A stretch of 63,950 bases of DNA, filler included, from Alloascoidea hylecoeti (lineage: Eukaryota): assembly GCA_001600815.1 (NCBI GenBank). It is 24 parts of 24 records of this genome, joined end to end, with 100 filler letters (N's around TTAATTAATTAA, not from the genome) between each part and the next. Parts side by side here need not be neighbours in the genome. Positions count along the whole stretch, not along the records: positions 28,465 to 31,092 come from BCKZ01000079.1; positions 31,193 to 33,696 come from BCKZ01000080.1; positions 33,797 to 36,288 come from BCKZ01000081.1; positions 36,389 to 38,880 come from BCKZ01000082.1; positions 38,981 to 41,441 come from BCKZ01000083.1; positions 41,542 to 43,999 come from BCKZ01000084.1; positions 44,100 to 46,515 come from BCKZ01000085.1; 17 more parts are not named here. The stretch is one strand, 5' to 3'. How positions within the stretch are numbered: position 1 is the stretch's first letter; every line of letters begins with the position of its first letter. Position numbers and translations under genes: made by a program. Below, one piece after another: positions 29,594 to 45,462 of the stretch. The notes below the pieces were generated by a model. It worked only from the letters and a program-made list of their open reading frames with translations, made no database searches and was not told the DNA's origin.

Positions 29594-30820
29594 CCAACAC
29601 CAGTATCAGCGTTATTACATGCAGCGACATTAGTTACAGCGGGAATATACGCCTTAGTAAGATTATCAAGTATATTAGAATATAGTCCTACAGTATTATT
29701 AATATGTTTATGATTAGGAGGATTAACAACATTAGTCGCTGGATTAATCGCCACAGTAACAAATGATATAAAAAGAGTAATAGCATTATCAACAATGAGC
29801 CAATTAGGGATAATGATGATAGCTATAGGTTTATCAGCTTATAATTTATCTTTATTCCATCTGTTCTGTCATAGTTTCTTTAAAGCTTTATTATTCATGT
29901 CAGCAGGTTCAATAATCCATAGTGTAGTATCCGAATATCAAGATATTAGAATGTATGGAGGTATGTTGAAATTCTTACCTTTAACATATGTTTGTTTATT
30001 AATAGCTTCATTATCATTAATGGCCATCCCAGGTCTGACAGGTTATTATAGTAAAGATATAATCATAGAATCAGGGTTAGGTGTATATAGTATCTCAGGA
30101 TATGTAATATATTGATTAGCTTTAACTTCCGCAGTTTTAACTTCTTTATATAGTATAAGGGTATTATATTTAACATTTTTTAATGTACCTAATGGACCTA
30201 AACATACTTATATAAATATACATGAAGCGGATTATGTATTAGTAATACCTATGGTAATCTTAAGTATAGCTTCAATATTTGCAGGATATTTTGCAAGAGA
30301 TATTTATTTAGGTATGGGACGTATAATTAGAGGAGTATTAATTCATCCAAGTAATCTAAGTCTAATAGAGACAGAATTTGGAATAAATGTAGTATTAAAA
30401 TTATTACCATTAATCTTCGTAATATTAGGAGGAGTATTAGTTTTAGTAATATATGAATTTAATTATAAATTATTTTATTTATTTAATAATAAATTCCTTA
30501 AATCAGTGTACTATTACTTAAACCAAAAAATGATGTTTGATCAAATCTTAAATAATTTAGTAATTAGAGGAGGATTGAAAGTATCAGGAGATTTAAGTAA
30601 AAATGTAGATAAAGGTATTTTACAAATCTTAGGGCCTATTGGTATAGGTGATTTATTAGAAAATATGTTTTTATATATAGTAAGATTAAGTGATGGTATG
30701 TTCGCTTCATATGCCTTAATCTTCCTAGGATTCATTGTATTAGTATTCTTTATAGATATATTTAGTATATTATTCCCTGTTTTATTAGGTGGTTTAATTG
30801 TTTCAATAGCCGTGTTTTAA
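29594..30820 (+). CDS. nad5: NADH dehydrogenase subunit 5, last exon
   Basis: [63 protein letters not shown]; open to TAA in table 4. Confidence 0.97.
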
Positions 30821-31192
30821 TACCTAACCTAATCTACTCTCCCCCCTAAAACTAAAAAATAATTAAATATTAAATAAATATTAAAATATACAAAAAATAA
30901 TTAAATATTTCAATTAAAGACTTATTCTTATAATATATTTAAAGCAATACCTACCCCCCCCAAATATCGTAGTAGGCAAGGTAAGATAACGGAGGGAGGG
31001 TAGGGTTATTTAATGATTATTAAAACTCCATAGATGAATGAGTTCTTAAATAAGCTAATCTATTAATTGAGGGAGTGAATAGTCAAAAAAAANNNNNNNN
31101 NNNNNNNNNNNNNNNNNNNNNNNNNNNNNNNNNNNNTTAATTAATTAANNNNNNNNNNNNNNNNNNNNNNNNNNNNNNNNNNNNNNNNNNNN

Positions 31193-33334
31193 TTGTTGCT
31201 TTTCTAGATGGATAGACTACTGTTCCTTTTCAGTCTGATAATCGACCTTTGGAAAGTTTAGGAGCTTTAATCATTCAATTAACTTTTTTAGGATTTATGA
31301 GTCGGAACGTTCAACTAAGATAGTCAAAAGTCGAACCGAATACTCAGGGTATAATTTTAGTTTTCTCTTCTGATAGTTCTAGCCCTCTAATAGTTAAAAA
31401 TTTGTTTATTTCTTGTTTAATATGGGGCATTAATTTGGGTGTATTTACACCTACTATAAAATCATCAGCATATCTTACGAATCAGCTTCGACTTCTAGTC
31501 ATAACTTTAAGTATTTGTTGTTTTCTGGTTAATTTACTTAAATCTATCATTTTTTCTAATTTTTTTTGTTTTTTCGGATTTATAAACATACCTTTTCAGG
31601 GCTCTGCTTCTAATTGTGTATTATTAGTAACATCTTCTATTAGTCTTTCTAATCCATCTAGTGTTCAATTCATTAACATTGGTGAAATAATACCTCCTTG
31701 TGGTACCCCTTTTTCTATTCTTATACTTTCTTTTTGTAATTTGTTAGCGGGTACTCTTTCGGATTTTAGTATTTTTATTAATAAATTTTTGTACTTTTTA
31801 GGAATTGGTACATTATTTATTAGTCAATCATGTGAGATATTATCAAAACATCCTTTGATGTCCGCGTCCATGATAGTGTAGTCATTAAAAAAATTTTCTT
31901 TTATATTAGTATTATTATTTTTAGTCAATTTTCCGAATGCGGTTACTCTTGTTCTATTGTTTCTACCGCTTCTATTATATGTAGTTCTATTTGCTACACA
32001 TGTTACAGCCATTTGGCAACCTCTTCCGGGTCTAAACCCAAATGAATGAGGATCACCCATTGGTTCCATTAATGGTTCTAATATAATTTTTATTAGCATC
32101 TGTAACGCTCTGTCCCTTATTGTAGGTATACCCAGAGTTCTGATTTTTCCATTTGCTTTTGGTATTTCTACACTTCTTATTAAATCAGGTTGATAATTCA
32201 TTAATTTATTATATTTTAACGCTTTTAATAATTCTAGTTTTAATTCAAGATTATTTGTTATATTTTGTTTTATTGTGTCATTGAATGTTTTTATGGGATT
32301 ATTTTCTATTTCTTTTAATTCTATTCTCATATTTTTTATAATTTCTCTCCCTTGTGTAGTTTTATAAAATATTCTTTTTTGTTCATAATTTGTTAATTTT
32401 TTTATTCCTTTTCTTTTTATTACTTGATCTATTCTTCCTTTTGCTACACTTATTTCTTTTATTAATTTATTCTTTCTTGTTTCTAGTCTTTTATTTGCTA
32501 GTTCTTTTGTTTCTACTTTTGTTCCTATTGGTTCAAATTTTTTACCGTCGACTCCTGCGGTTGTACTTCCCGAATTACGGGCTAGTAGTTCAATAGCTAC
32601 TAATTTTCATAATAAAGAATTGAAGTTCTCTTCTAAACTCTCTAACATTTTTATAAATTCTGGTTCGGCCATTACAGCATCTCGATCTCCTTTATGTTTC
32701 TTAAACATATCTGCACTTTTGGTAGCGATTTCAGTTTGTTGATTAAAAACAATTTCCTTAACATTAGTGAAAATAGATTCTGTTGAAGGTCATATATTTT
32801 TATCCAATAGATTCTTACATTCTTTCACTAGAAATTCTTGCTCAGTTTGTTTGATTCTTTCGATACCTTGATCTCCATTTATTTCTAAATTTCCTCGACC
32901 GTACAGGTTTCGACCAGTACTGAAATATCTACAATTTACCAGACTCTTATTAGGAGTCTCTATCTCAAGTGGTTTAATAACCAAAGCTTGGATATCCCAT
33001 CAATTATTTAGAGGCCCACCTTGCGGTTTTTTGTTGTGTCCATTTGATCTTATTTCCTCCGATCCTGTTGGTGTATTATGTGAAAGACCTATATGTTGTC
33101 CAGATACATTGTGCTTATGCTCTGGTAGTATCTTTTTGTGATTATTACTAATCTCTTCTCTGTTTAGAACGTCAACGGAAGTATTTCAGTGCTTAAATAC
33201 TATATAACTTCAAATGGCAAAGGCTCTCATACAAACCCGAAGATTTGTACCCACTAAATTAGCGGTCGCGCTTAGATAGTTGTCAATATTAAACATAAAT
33301 ACGAAACAACGTCTAAATAATCTGTAGATCGCAC
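31193..33334 (-). mobile_element. 5' part of a cox1 group II intron with an exon-fused, chloroplast-like RT ORF
   Basis: GTGCG at 33334; motifs AIELLARNSGSTTAGVDG, IPKANGKIRTLGIP, DADIKGCFDNISH, GVPQGGIISPMLMNWTLDGLE, VRYADDF, GLELSEEKT. Confidence 0.92.
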
Positions 33335-33696
<362 letters not shown>

Positions 33697-33796
33697 NNNN
33701 NNNNNNNNNNNNNNNNNNNNNNNNNNNNNNNNNNNNNNNNTTAATTAATTAANNNNNNNNNNNNNNNNNNNNNNNNNNNNNNNNNNNNNNNNNNNN

Positions 33797-33891
33797 ACAA
33801 TTAAATCCTGCTGTTTAAGAAAGATATAGATGCTGGATGCTGGATACTGGCCGATTCGCGGTGAAAGATGAAAAGAGGGCATTTTTGCACA
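33797..33891. repeat. 95-bp perfect inverted repeat pairing with 36131-36225 (also 36389-36483 with 38723-38817)
   Basis: ACAATTAAATCCTG...TTTTTGCACA is the exact reverse complement of 36131-36225. Confidence 0.95.
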
Positions 33892-34700
33892 AAATGAAGA
33901 ATAAAGATGGGAGTTGATGTTAGTGGCTCGCTAGTTCATCTTTGAATGATGGTGATGTCCTTATTCAACAATACAGAGTGAAGAACTAGTGAAAGGTAAG
34001 CAGTTTTAGCCGGAAGAAGAAATTATTATTGATTTGGACATGAAGCATATAAGCTTATTAGATAATAAAAGATCATTATGACTGAGGATGTTCACACAAC
34101 TAATGTGCTATAGGAATAAGAAAAATTAAACATGAAGTCTCTCAAATAGATAATAGAAGGTACCCCAGACTTTCTAATTAAGAGATGAGTATGCACGATC
34201 CAATGACAACTATAATTAATTGTTTTCAACATGGTCAATATAATTGGTGCCCGAAAGCAAAAAAAATCTAAGTCAAGGTTTTGATTATGTATTGGTGTAA
34301 AGCCATAGGGTATTTATCGAGATTGCACGAATATGTAAGGGTTTAATTGTTGATATTAGGGGTAGAGTTGAGTTAACTTAAATGATCGAGCTCGAGGGTA
34401 CATGCTTAATGTTCTCAATTATCGTATTAATATGCCAACAGGTGGAATATATATTATAATTCATCGTAAAGTAAATATCCGTTGACATGATTGAGAAACT
34501 AGAACGAAACCATAGCTCTCCTTATATTATTTATAATGAATTATTGTAACGAATAACTTCCTTTTATGCCGCGAATTATAGATATTGTAACTCACTTAAT
34601 GATTATAATAAAAAATGGAATTCATGTGATATGCACGTGACCGTGTATGATTTTTCATTTTCCAACCAGTCAGCATTTTAACAAAACCACCATCACCAAA

Positions 34701-35993
34701 ATGAGTTTGAAGGTAAAAAGTACGGTATTTGTTCGCAATGCTAGTTCTAGTGGTGACATCATGGCTCTTATAAGCAGAGTCAGGCAACTTAACTCAAAAA
34801 AATCTACTCCTTCGGGATCTTTAGATTCAAAATCAGAAGTCTTGGGGGAAAAGAAGGTTTCACCCATTGGTACTCAATATGTCCCTCCTGTTCGTCCTAA
34901 AGCTGAAATTCGAGTTATTAACCCAGTTGCTAATAAATTATCTAGTTTGGGAGCTAATAAAGGTAGACTCCAACAAAATAATAGATTTGGAAATTCTAGA
35001 AATGATGATAATGACTCTAGATTTGTTCAATATAATAATAACCAGAGAATTGGTCAAAATAACGGATCAAATGCAAGATTTGGACAAACTGGTGGTTTTA
35101 AAAGATTTGGTCAAAGAAATGATGGTCCTAGATATGGTCAAAATAATAATAATGAAGACAATAGTAATCAAAGAATTGGAGAAAATAATGGATCAAATGC
35201 AAGATTTGGACAAACTGGAGGTTTTAAGAGGTTTGGTCAAAGAAATGAAGGTCCTCGATTTGGTCAAAATAATGGTGGTCAAAACAATAGTAATCAAAGA
35301 ATTGGACAAAACAATGGGCCAAATGCTAGATTTGGACAAACTGGAGGTTTCAAGAGGTTTGGTCAAAGAAATGATGGTCCTAGATATGGCCAAAACAACA
35401 ACAACAATAATGGTCCTAGATTTGGTCAAAATAATAATGCCCAAAGATATGGGCAGCGTCCAAGCGCTGGTGGTGCAAGATATAATTCAAAACAAAATAG
35501 AAATTTAAATGCACCAATAACTGATTTAAAATCTCTTTTACCAGAAGAAGTACCAATTGTTGATTATAAACCAAAAGCAAATGTAACTAAATCTATATTA
35601 TTTCAATATTCTTCAAAACTTGCAAATACTGTTGAATCAAGAAAAAGAAGAGCATTTCTTAATATGTTAGATGAAGCAGAAACTCCATATTATGAAAGAT
35701 CATTAATTTTACCACAAACGCAATCATTTAAAAAATCAGAAGATCAAATTTTTTTAAAATCAACAAGATTAAATAATGAAAAATTAAATAAAATTTGGAA
35801 AAAAACTGTTAATGGTGATTTAGAAGAAGAATCATCAGTTTTAAATAAAAATTCAATAATTTTACAAAATATAAGTTCAAGTGTTTTTAAAAACACTTCA
35901 ATGAATGTTGAAATAAAGAAAAAAATTGTTGATTTAAGTAGTGGAAATTTATCAATTTCAAAATTAAAGGTTTCTGCTCCTTTTAAAATTTAA
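34701..35993 (+). CDS. RSM28: Probable mitochondrial small-subunit ribosomal protein mS46 with an expanded G/N/Q/R/F repeat
   Basis: Presequence-like N-terminus, low-complexity middle, and C-terminus (LFQYSSKLANTVESR...PYY...VNGD...KKKIVDLSSGNLSISKL) resembling yeast Rsm28 from memory; upstream in-frame ATG at 34647. Confidence 0.55.
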   Translation: MSLKVKSTVFVRNASSSGDIMALISRVRQLNSKKSTPSGSLDSKSEVLGEKKVSPIGTQYVPPVRPKAEIRVINPVANKLSSLGANKGRLQQNNRFGNSRNDDNDSRFVQYNNNQRIGQNNGSNARFGQTGGFKRFGQRNDGPRYGQNNNNEDNSNQRIGENNGSNARFGQTGGFKRFGQRNEGPRFGQNNGGQNNSNQRIGQNNGPNARFGQTGGFKRFGQRNDGPRYGQNNNNNNGPRFGQNNNAQRYGQRPSAGGARYNSKQNRNLNAPITDLKSLLPEEVPIVDYKPKANVTKSILFQYSSKLANTVESRKRRAFLNMLDEAETPYYERSLILPQTQSFKKSEDQIFLKSTRLNNEKLNKIWKKTVNGDLEEESSVLNKNSIILQNISSSVFKNTSMNVEIKKKIVDLSSGNLSISKLKVSAPFKI

Positions 35994-36620
35994 ATTTATA
36001 AATAAATAAAATTTATTGGACATTCTTTATGATTATAATATAGTTATTCAATATGTTTTGTATATATCTGTAGTTTAATTACTTATAATTGTAACTTTCA
36101 TCTCTTTATTCTTCATTTTGAGTTTTACTCTGTGCAAAAATGCCCTCTTTTCATCTTTCACCGCGAATCGGCCAGTATCCAGCATCCAGCATCTATATCT
36201 TTCTTAAACAGCAGGATTTAATTGTAAAAATTTGAAGTATCAAATTGAAGAAGTAAAGTGGCCAATATCTTCGCATGATGGTGGAAAANNNNNNNNNNNN
36301 NNNNNNNNNNNNNNNNNNNNNNNNNNNNNNNNTTAATTAATTAANNNNNNNNNNNNNNNNNNNNNNNNNNNNNNNNNNNNNNNNNNNNACAATTAAATCC
36401 TGCTGTTTAAGAAAGATATAGATGCTGGATGCTGGATACTGGCCGATTCGCGGTGAAAGATGAAAAGAGGGCATTTTTGCACAGAGTAAAACTCAAAATG
36501 AAGAATAAAGAGATGAAAGTTACAATTATAAGTAATTAAACTACAGATATATACAAAACATATTGAATAACTATATTATAATCATAAAGAATGTCCAATA
36601 AATTTTATTTATTTATAAAT

Positions 36621-37913
36621 TTAAATTTTAAAAGGAGCAGAAACCTTTAATTTTGAAATTGATAAATTTCCACTACTTAAATCAACAATTTTTTTCTTTA
36701 TTTCAACATTCATTGAAGTGTTTTTAAAAACACTTGAACTTATATTTTGTAAAATTATTGAATTTTTATTTAAAACTGATGATTCTTCTTCTAAATCACC
36801 ATTAACAGTTTTTTTCCAAATTTTATTTAATTTTTCATTATTTAATCTTGTTGATTTTAAAAAAATTTGATCTTCTGATTTTTTAAATGATTGCGTTTGT
36901 GGTAAAATTAATGATCTTTCATAATATGGAGTTTCTGCTTCATCTAACATATTAAGAAATGCTCTTCTTTTTCTTGATTCAACAGTATTTGCAAGTTTTG
37001 AAGAATATTGAAATAATATAGATTTAGTTACATTTGCTTTTGGTTTATAATCAACAATTGGTACTTCTTCTGGTAAAAGAGATTTTAAATCAGTTATTGG
37101 TGCATTTAAATTTCTATTTTGTTTTGAATTATATCTTGCACCACCAGCGCTTGGACGCTGCCCATATCTTTGGGCATTATTATTTTGACCAAATCTAGGA
37201 CCATTATTGTTGTTGTTGTTTTGGCCATATCTAGGACCATCATTTCTTTGACCAAACCTCTTGAAACCTCCAGTTTGTCCAAATCTAGCATTTGGCCCAT
37301 TGTTTTGTCCAATTCTTTGATTACTATTGTTTTGACCACCATTATTTTGACCAAATCGAGGACCTTCATTTCTTTGACCAAACCTCTTAAAACCTCCAGT
37401 TTGTCCAAATCTTGCATTTGATCCATTATTTTCTCCAATTCTTTGATTACTATTGTCTTCATTATTATTATTTTGACCATATCTAGGACCATCATTTCTT
37501 TGACCAAATCTTTTAAAACCACCAGTTTGTCCAAATCTTGCATTTGATCCGTTATTTTGACCAATTCTCTGGTTATTATTATATTGAACAAATCTAGAGT
37601 CATTATCATCATTTCTAGAATTTCCAAATCTATTATTTTGTTGGAGTCTACCTTTATTAGCTCCCAAACTAGATAATTTATTAGCAACTGGGTTAATAAC
37701 TCGAATTTCAGCTTTAGGACGAACAGGAGGGACATATTGAGTACCAATGGGTGAAACCTTCTTTTCCCCCAAGACTTCTGATTTTGAATCTAAAGATCCC
37801 GAAGGAGTAGATTTTTTTGAGTTAAGTTGCCTGACTCTGCTTATAAGAGCCATGATGTCACCACTAGAACTAGCATTGCGAACAAATACCGTACTTTTTA
37901 CCTTCAAACTCAT
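36621..37913 (-). CDS. RSM28: Same RSM28-like gene in the opposite orientation relative to the flank
   Basis: Identical protein; contig has the same length (2492 nt) and the same ends as 33797-36288. Confidence 0.55.
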   Translation of the reverse strand: MSLKVKSTVFVRNASSSGDIMALISRVRQLNSKKSTPSGSLDSKSEVLGEKKVSPIGTQYVPPVRPKAEIRVINPVANKLSSLGANKGRLQQNNRFGNSRNDDNDSRFVQYNNNQRIGQNNGSNARFGQTGGFKRFGQRNDGPRYGQNNNNEDNSNQRIGENNGSNARFGQTGGFKRFGQRNEGPRFGQNNGGQNNSNQRIGQNNGPNARFGQTGGFKRFGQRNDGPRYGQNNNNNNGPRFGQNNNAQRYGQRPSAGGARYNSKQNRNLNAPITDLKSLLPEEVPIVDYKPKANVTKSILFQYSSKLANTVESRKRRAFLNMLDEAETPYYERSLILPQTQSFKKSEDQIFLKSTRLNNEKLNKIWKKTVNGDLEEESSVLNKNSIILQNISSSVFKNTSMNVEIKKKIVDLSSGNLSISKLKVSAPFKI

Positions 37914-39325
37914 TTTGGTGATGGTGGTTTTGTTAAAATGCTGACTGGTTGGAAAATGAAAAATCATACACGGTCACGTGCATATCACATGAATTCCATT
38001 TTTTATTATAATCATTAAGTGAGTTACAATATCTATAATTCGCGGCATAAAAGGAAGTTATTCGTTACAATAATTCATTATAAATAATATAAGGAGAGCT
38101 ATGGTTTCGTTCTAGTTTCTCAATCATGTCAACGGATATTTACTTTACGATGAATTATAATATATATTCCACCTGTTGGCATATTAATACGATAATTGAG
38201 AACATTAAGCATGTACCCTCGAGCTCGATCATTTAAGTTAACTCAACTCTACCCCTAATATCAACAATTAAACCCTTACATATTCGTGCAATCTCGATAA
38301 ATACCCTATGGCTTTACACCAATACATAATCAAAACCTTGACTTAGATTTTTTTTGCTTTCGGGCACCAATTATATTGACCATGTTGAAAACAATTAATT
38401 ATAGTTGTCATTGGATCGTGCATACTCATCTCTTAATTAGAAAGTCTGGGGTACCTTCTATTATCTATTTGAGAGACTTCATGTTTAATTTTTCTTATTC
38501 CTATAGCACATTAGTTGTGTGAACATCCTCAGTCATAATGATCTTTTATTATCTAATAAGCTTATATGCTTCATGTCCAAATCAATAATAATTTCTTCTT
38601 CCGGCTAAAACTGCTTACCTTTCACTAGTTCTTCACTCTGTATTGTTGAATAAGGACATCACCATCATTCAAAGATGAACTAGCGAGCCACTAACATCAA
38701 CTCCCATCTTTATTCTTCATTTTGTGCAAAAATGCCCTCTTTTCATCTTTCACCGCGAATCGGCCAGTATCCAGCATCCAGCATCTATATCTTTCTTAAA
38801 CAGCAGGATTTAATTGTAAAAATTTGAAGTATCAAATTGAAGAAGTAAAGTGGCCAATATCTTCGCATGATGGTGGAAAANNNNNNNNNNNNNNNNNNNN
38901 NNNNNNNNNNNNNNNNNNNNNNNNTTAATTAATTAANNNNNNNNNNNNNNNNNNNNNNNNNNNNNNNNNNNNNNNNNNNNAAAAGGTGTTCAGAAATTCT
39001 TCTACGGTAATACACAAACTATTTATTTATATAGGTGTTTTATGGTTGGTCATTTATTAGCTCAAATAGAAAAACTCTATTTGTAGCATATATTCCCTTA
39101 AATAATTAAATGACAGAATTAAAAATGCATTCTGTTTCTCAAGCTGATCTTATATTAATATGCCAACTTATGAAATATTATAGAATACTCATATGCCTTT
39201 GGAAGATATTTCAAATATATCAAAAACACTGGATATAATTAGTCATAACAGATCAGATAAAGTAACCATACAGTCACACTTTATATTCTATTAGCAAAGT
39301 ATTATTTGATTCATCTGTAAGATTC

Positions 39326-40361
39326 TCATAATTTTCTATTGATACCTGCATGCCATTCACAGCGGTATGCAACTGATAAAATTTGTAATTGTTTTTCAAT
39401 ATCATCATCACCTATAAATATTTTCCCTCCATCAGTAGAATCTTGTGTCATATTATCATCTACACTTTTAGAATCCTTTTTTTTCTTTGAATTGTATATT
39501 TTTGGTGAAATATATTTTATCCACAATGCCCAAATTAATGATAAAATAACTAAATGAAATGTTAGTATTGNCATATCATCAGATGCAGTTATAATCAGTT
39601 GTTTATGTTTGAAACTTTATAATATAGTTACAAATTAAATATGATAGTACAGAAACATCAATTAGGTTGCCCAACCATACTGCAAAGAATGAGCCATAAA
39701 GTAAACCACAGAAACAATCTTCACGAAATGTGACATCCTTGGTCTTAAGTTGATCTGTGATATAGGAAAGCATGGTACAGTATTGATGGAAAAACAAAAG
39801 CGTTACTAATCTGTGGTCAAAAAGCCGTTCACTTGATATTTTGAATATGGAGTTAATAATAGAATCATGGTCATGATCCCTAGGTATATCAAGGAACAAT
39901 TTGTTCAAATTTTCTAAAAGCCAATTCATATATATTAAAATTGATACCGTATTGGCAATACCTAGCGCCATCACCAAAATGACTCCTTTTCTCCTTTCAA
40001 GTCTTTTTGATAAATATGAATAAAAGAATCCATTAAACATGGGAAGATAAAGACCCAAAAACATCATTAAATTAATCTCTTTTGAAGTACAGAAATCAGA
40101 TAGATTGCGGTATTCATTTGGGCACAGTATGGAATTATTCAATTGTAAATAGAGGAGAAATGCGATTAAGGAAAGAAGGGAAAAATGCAGAATTCCAAGA
40201 ACAAATCCTAAAGATATTAACCTGATAAGAGGAGCGATGAGATCAGGAAAATAAATTGGAGCATTATCTTCGATAGGAGTGGCACTTAAACTGTGATATG
40301 AAGTAGGTGAAGCAGTTGATTTAACTTCAGGTTCTTCGGGTAGATAATTTTCTTCATTCAT
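39326..40361 (-). CDS. Hypothetical multi-pass membrane protein with one intron (39550-39631)
   Basis: 252-aa and 82-aa hydrophobic ORFs are joined in frame by a GTAACT...TACTAAC...TTAG intron. Confidence 0.6.
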
Positions 40362-40823
40362 ATTAGCTGTGCAAAGTTTTTAAAAGAAAAAGAAAGAGAG
40401 GAATAGCTATTAACTCTTTATTCTATATTTATATTTGTTGAGCAGGGTAAACCACAAATAGAAGTCACCAAACATCCATAGGAATTTAAAGTGGTAGCAA
40501 TATCGTAACAGATACAATACATCTATTAATATCTACATAGAATATGATATGAAAAGTGAATAAGTATTCAATTATATTAATTATATCAGCTATTGCTGTA
40601 AATCGAACTAAGTTTAATAAAAAAAATATCTATAGAAAAAAATCACATAACATAATTATAAAATAACTAAATCAATATTATAAACACATGTATACCNGTA
40701 ATTGTTCAACACGAAGAGAGAATATATTCCTATATGTGTTGAACATAACCCCCCAAAATTTTGTTTCCGAACAATATAAGTTCCGATCATAATATTTTAT
40801 ATTCATTAATCAATGAGTGGCTT

Positions 40824-41441
40824 TTAAAGTGATAAAAATATATAAATGCCANTCAAACTAATAAACAGATTCAATGATGATATTATTGTTTTAGATGAAG
40901 AAGAGCCATACTCAACATTTGGGAGAAGAGGAGAGGAAAGTATGGAAGAATGGGAAGGTGATACCAAATGTGGAACTTGAGTGGAGGGCACGTCNGTTGA
41001 TTCTGTGGGTAACAATGATATAGTTTCAAAGGTTATGCTTATGGTGGAACTAGATTCTGAAATTGGGACCGGCATGGGTAGCTCGTTTGCTGACGATGCA
41101 GTTGGTTCTGAAGATGGTGTTAAAGAATCAGTACCAGTAGTCAATGTATTAACGGAAGTAGTGTATTCGGGGGATGGTGATATCAAAGGTGGTACATGTG
41201 CCGTAAAAGTAGTATAGCTGGTGAGTGTGGTAGTAGAATCAGCGTAATCTGGAGATGGTGCTGAAGAAGCTAGAGAATCAGTATAGGTAGTAAGTTTAGA
41301 AGTTGAAGCGTTAAGTTTTGCATCTGGTGCTAAACTTTGTAACTTAGAAGGTGAAGAATCAGTAGAAGTAGTAAGTTCAGAAGTAGAAGCAGTGTTTTCT
41401 GGAGATGGTACTGAAGGTAAAGAAGAATCAGTAGCAGTAGT
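40824..41441 (-). CDS. Ser/Thr/Pro-rich, probably GPI-anchored cell-surface protein, C-terminal part
   Basis: Frame open from the contig edge; TTxTDS...PSP repeats; GSSSS followed by a hydrophobic tail. Confidence 0.75.
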   Translation of the reverse strand, partial: TTATDSSLPSVPSPENTASTSELTTSTDSSPSKLQSLAPDAKLNASTSKLTTYTDSLASSAPSPDYADSTTTLTSYTTFTAHVPPLISPSPEYTTSVNTLTTGTDSLTPSSEPTASSANELPMPVPISESSSTISITFETISLLPTESXDVPSTQVPHLVSPSHSSILSSPLLPNVEYGSSSSKTIISSLNLFISLXGIYIFLSL

Positions 41442-41541
41442 NNNNNNNNNNNNNNNNNNNNNNNNNNNNNNNNNNNNNNNNNNNNTTAATTAATTAANNN
41501 NNNNNNNNNNNNNNNNNNNNNNNNNNNNNNNNNNNNNNNNN

Positions 41542-43999
<2,458 letters not shown>

Positions 44000-44099
44000 N
44001 NNNNNNNNNNNNNNNNNNNNNNNNNNNNNNNNNNNNNNNNNNNTTAATTAATTAANNNNNNNNNNNNNNNNNNNNNNNNNNNNNNNNNNNNNNNNNNNN

Positions 44100-45462
44100 G
44101 GTAAAAGATCACTTGAGGCAAGTGTTTTCAAATTTTGAATAGCGTTTTCTGGATCTTCATCACTACTTAAGAAATTTCCGATCAAACCAGCAACAACAGG
44201 AGAGGACATCGATGTGCCACTGTATATTTCAGTTTCGTAANCTATTTTAAATATTAGTTATATACTTTAATCCTGAGATATCATGTATTTTCTTACCTTT
44301 TAATCCCAAACTTTCAATATTAACTCCAGGTGCAAAAATATCGACACACCTACCCCAGTTACTAAAGGAAGCAACGGTATCTGTCATTGGATCCATTGCA
44401 CCAACAGTTACAGCTAATTTGGCACTAGCAGGCGATGAATGACAAGCATTTGAATTTTCATTTCCTGCGGCAACCACCATAACGAGTCCATTTCTCACAG
44501 CTTCATTAACTGCCCTATTTAAAATAGGATGTCTCCAAGATCCTTAAAAAGAGTTAGATATAAATCAAAAGGATCAAGTGTTATGAAAAGAAGATTTGAT
44601 AATTACCAAATGATAAATTTGCTACACCAGGAATCTTAGATTTTTCATGATGATTTACGGCAAATTCAATACCAGCAAGGCAATTTGCAGTCGATCCAGC
44701 ACCAGTATTTCCTAAAACTTTTACATCGTAAAGATCAATATTTTTGGATACTCCATATGTCTTCGAACCAATAATACCAGCCACATGAGTTCCTTGATTA
44801 TAATATTTAACGGTTAGTATTAATGTTATTTAAAAATTAAAGATAAATAATTACCATGACCATGGAAATCACCAGGTCCATCACCAGTGAAATCAGCACC
44901 AAAATGACCTCTTCCTTCAAATTCCGGATTATCAAAATTGAAACCAGTATCCAGAACATAAGCATTAACATTTTGACCGGATTCATGAGCATAGTATTTA
45001 TAACTGATTAAATCACCAACTGATAAAGGATTTCTCTGTGATATTCTTGCTAAATGAGGAGATGCATTTTTTTGCTCAATTATTGTGAAATCACTAGAAA
45101 GTCTCATTTCAGTATTTTCTAAGATATCAAAAATCTTTATTTTGTTAATCATTATCATATATGTATGTGTATGTGTTTTTGTATGTGTATGTGTAGATGG
45201 CGCTTAAAGCACAACATATAATATAACATACAAGAGGATTGTTATTAAGATCTTTAAGTAATTTGGAACCAGGACCAATATCTAAAACGAAAGCATTAAA
45301 TCTACCGAAGGATATTTTTCTACCAACAAAAGGTAGTAAAACTTCATTAAGATTAAAAAATCTATCAAGTGTAGCGGATTGTTTTAATTCAATTATATAT
45401 TCAGAATTAACCAATTGAATGATATTTAGTATGACTGGAATTAATAATAATGAAAACTTCAT
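44100..45462 (-). CDS. RRT12: Secreted subtilisin-family (S8) protease, RRT12/OSW3-like, four introns; 3' truncated
   Basis: Signal peptide; HLARIS; catalytic DTG, HGTHVAG, AAGN and GTSMS; introns 45135-45231, 44793-44854, 44543-44606 and one near 44242-44297. Confidence 0.7.

Noticed and set aside
29594..30820. Translational-bypass (byp) elements in core mitochondrial genes
   Set aside because: No insertions seen in the cob, cox1 or nad5 exons, and the hairpins in intron ORFs lack clear matched take-off and landing codons.
34867..35508. 213-aa overlapping ORF (and copy at 37106-37747)
   Set aside because: Alternate-frame shadow of the repeat region of the RSM28-like gene; non-ATG start.
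33797..38880. Mating-type flip/flop locus
   Set aside because: No MAT, SLA2 or recombinase genes are visible in or beside the inverted segment.
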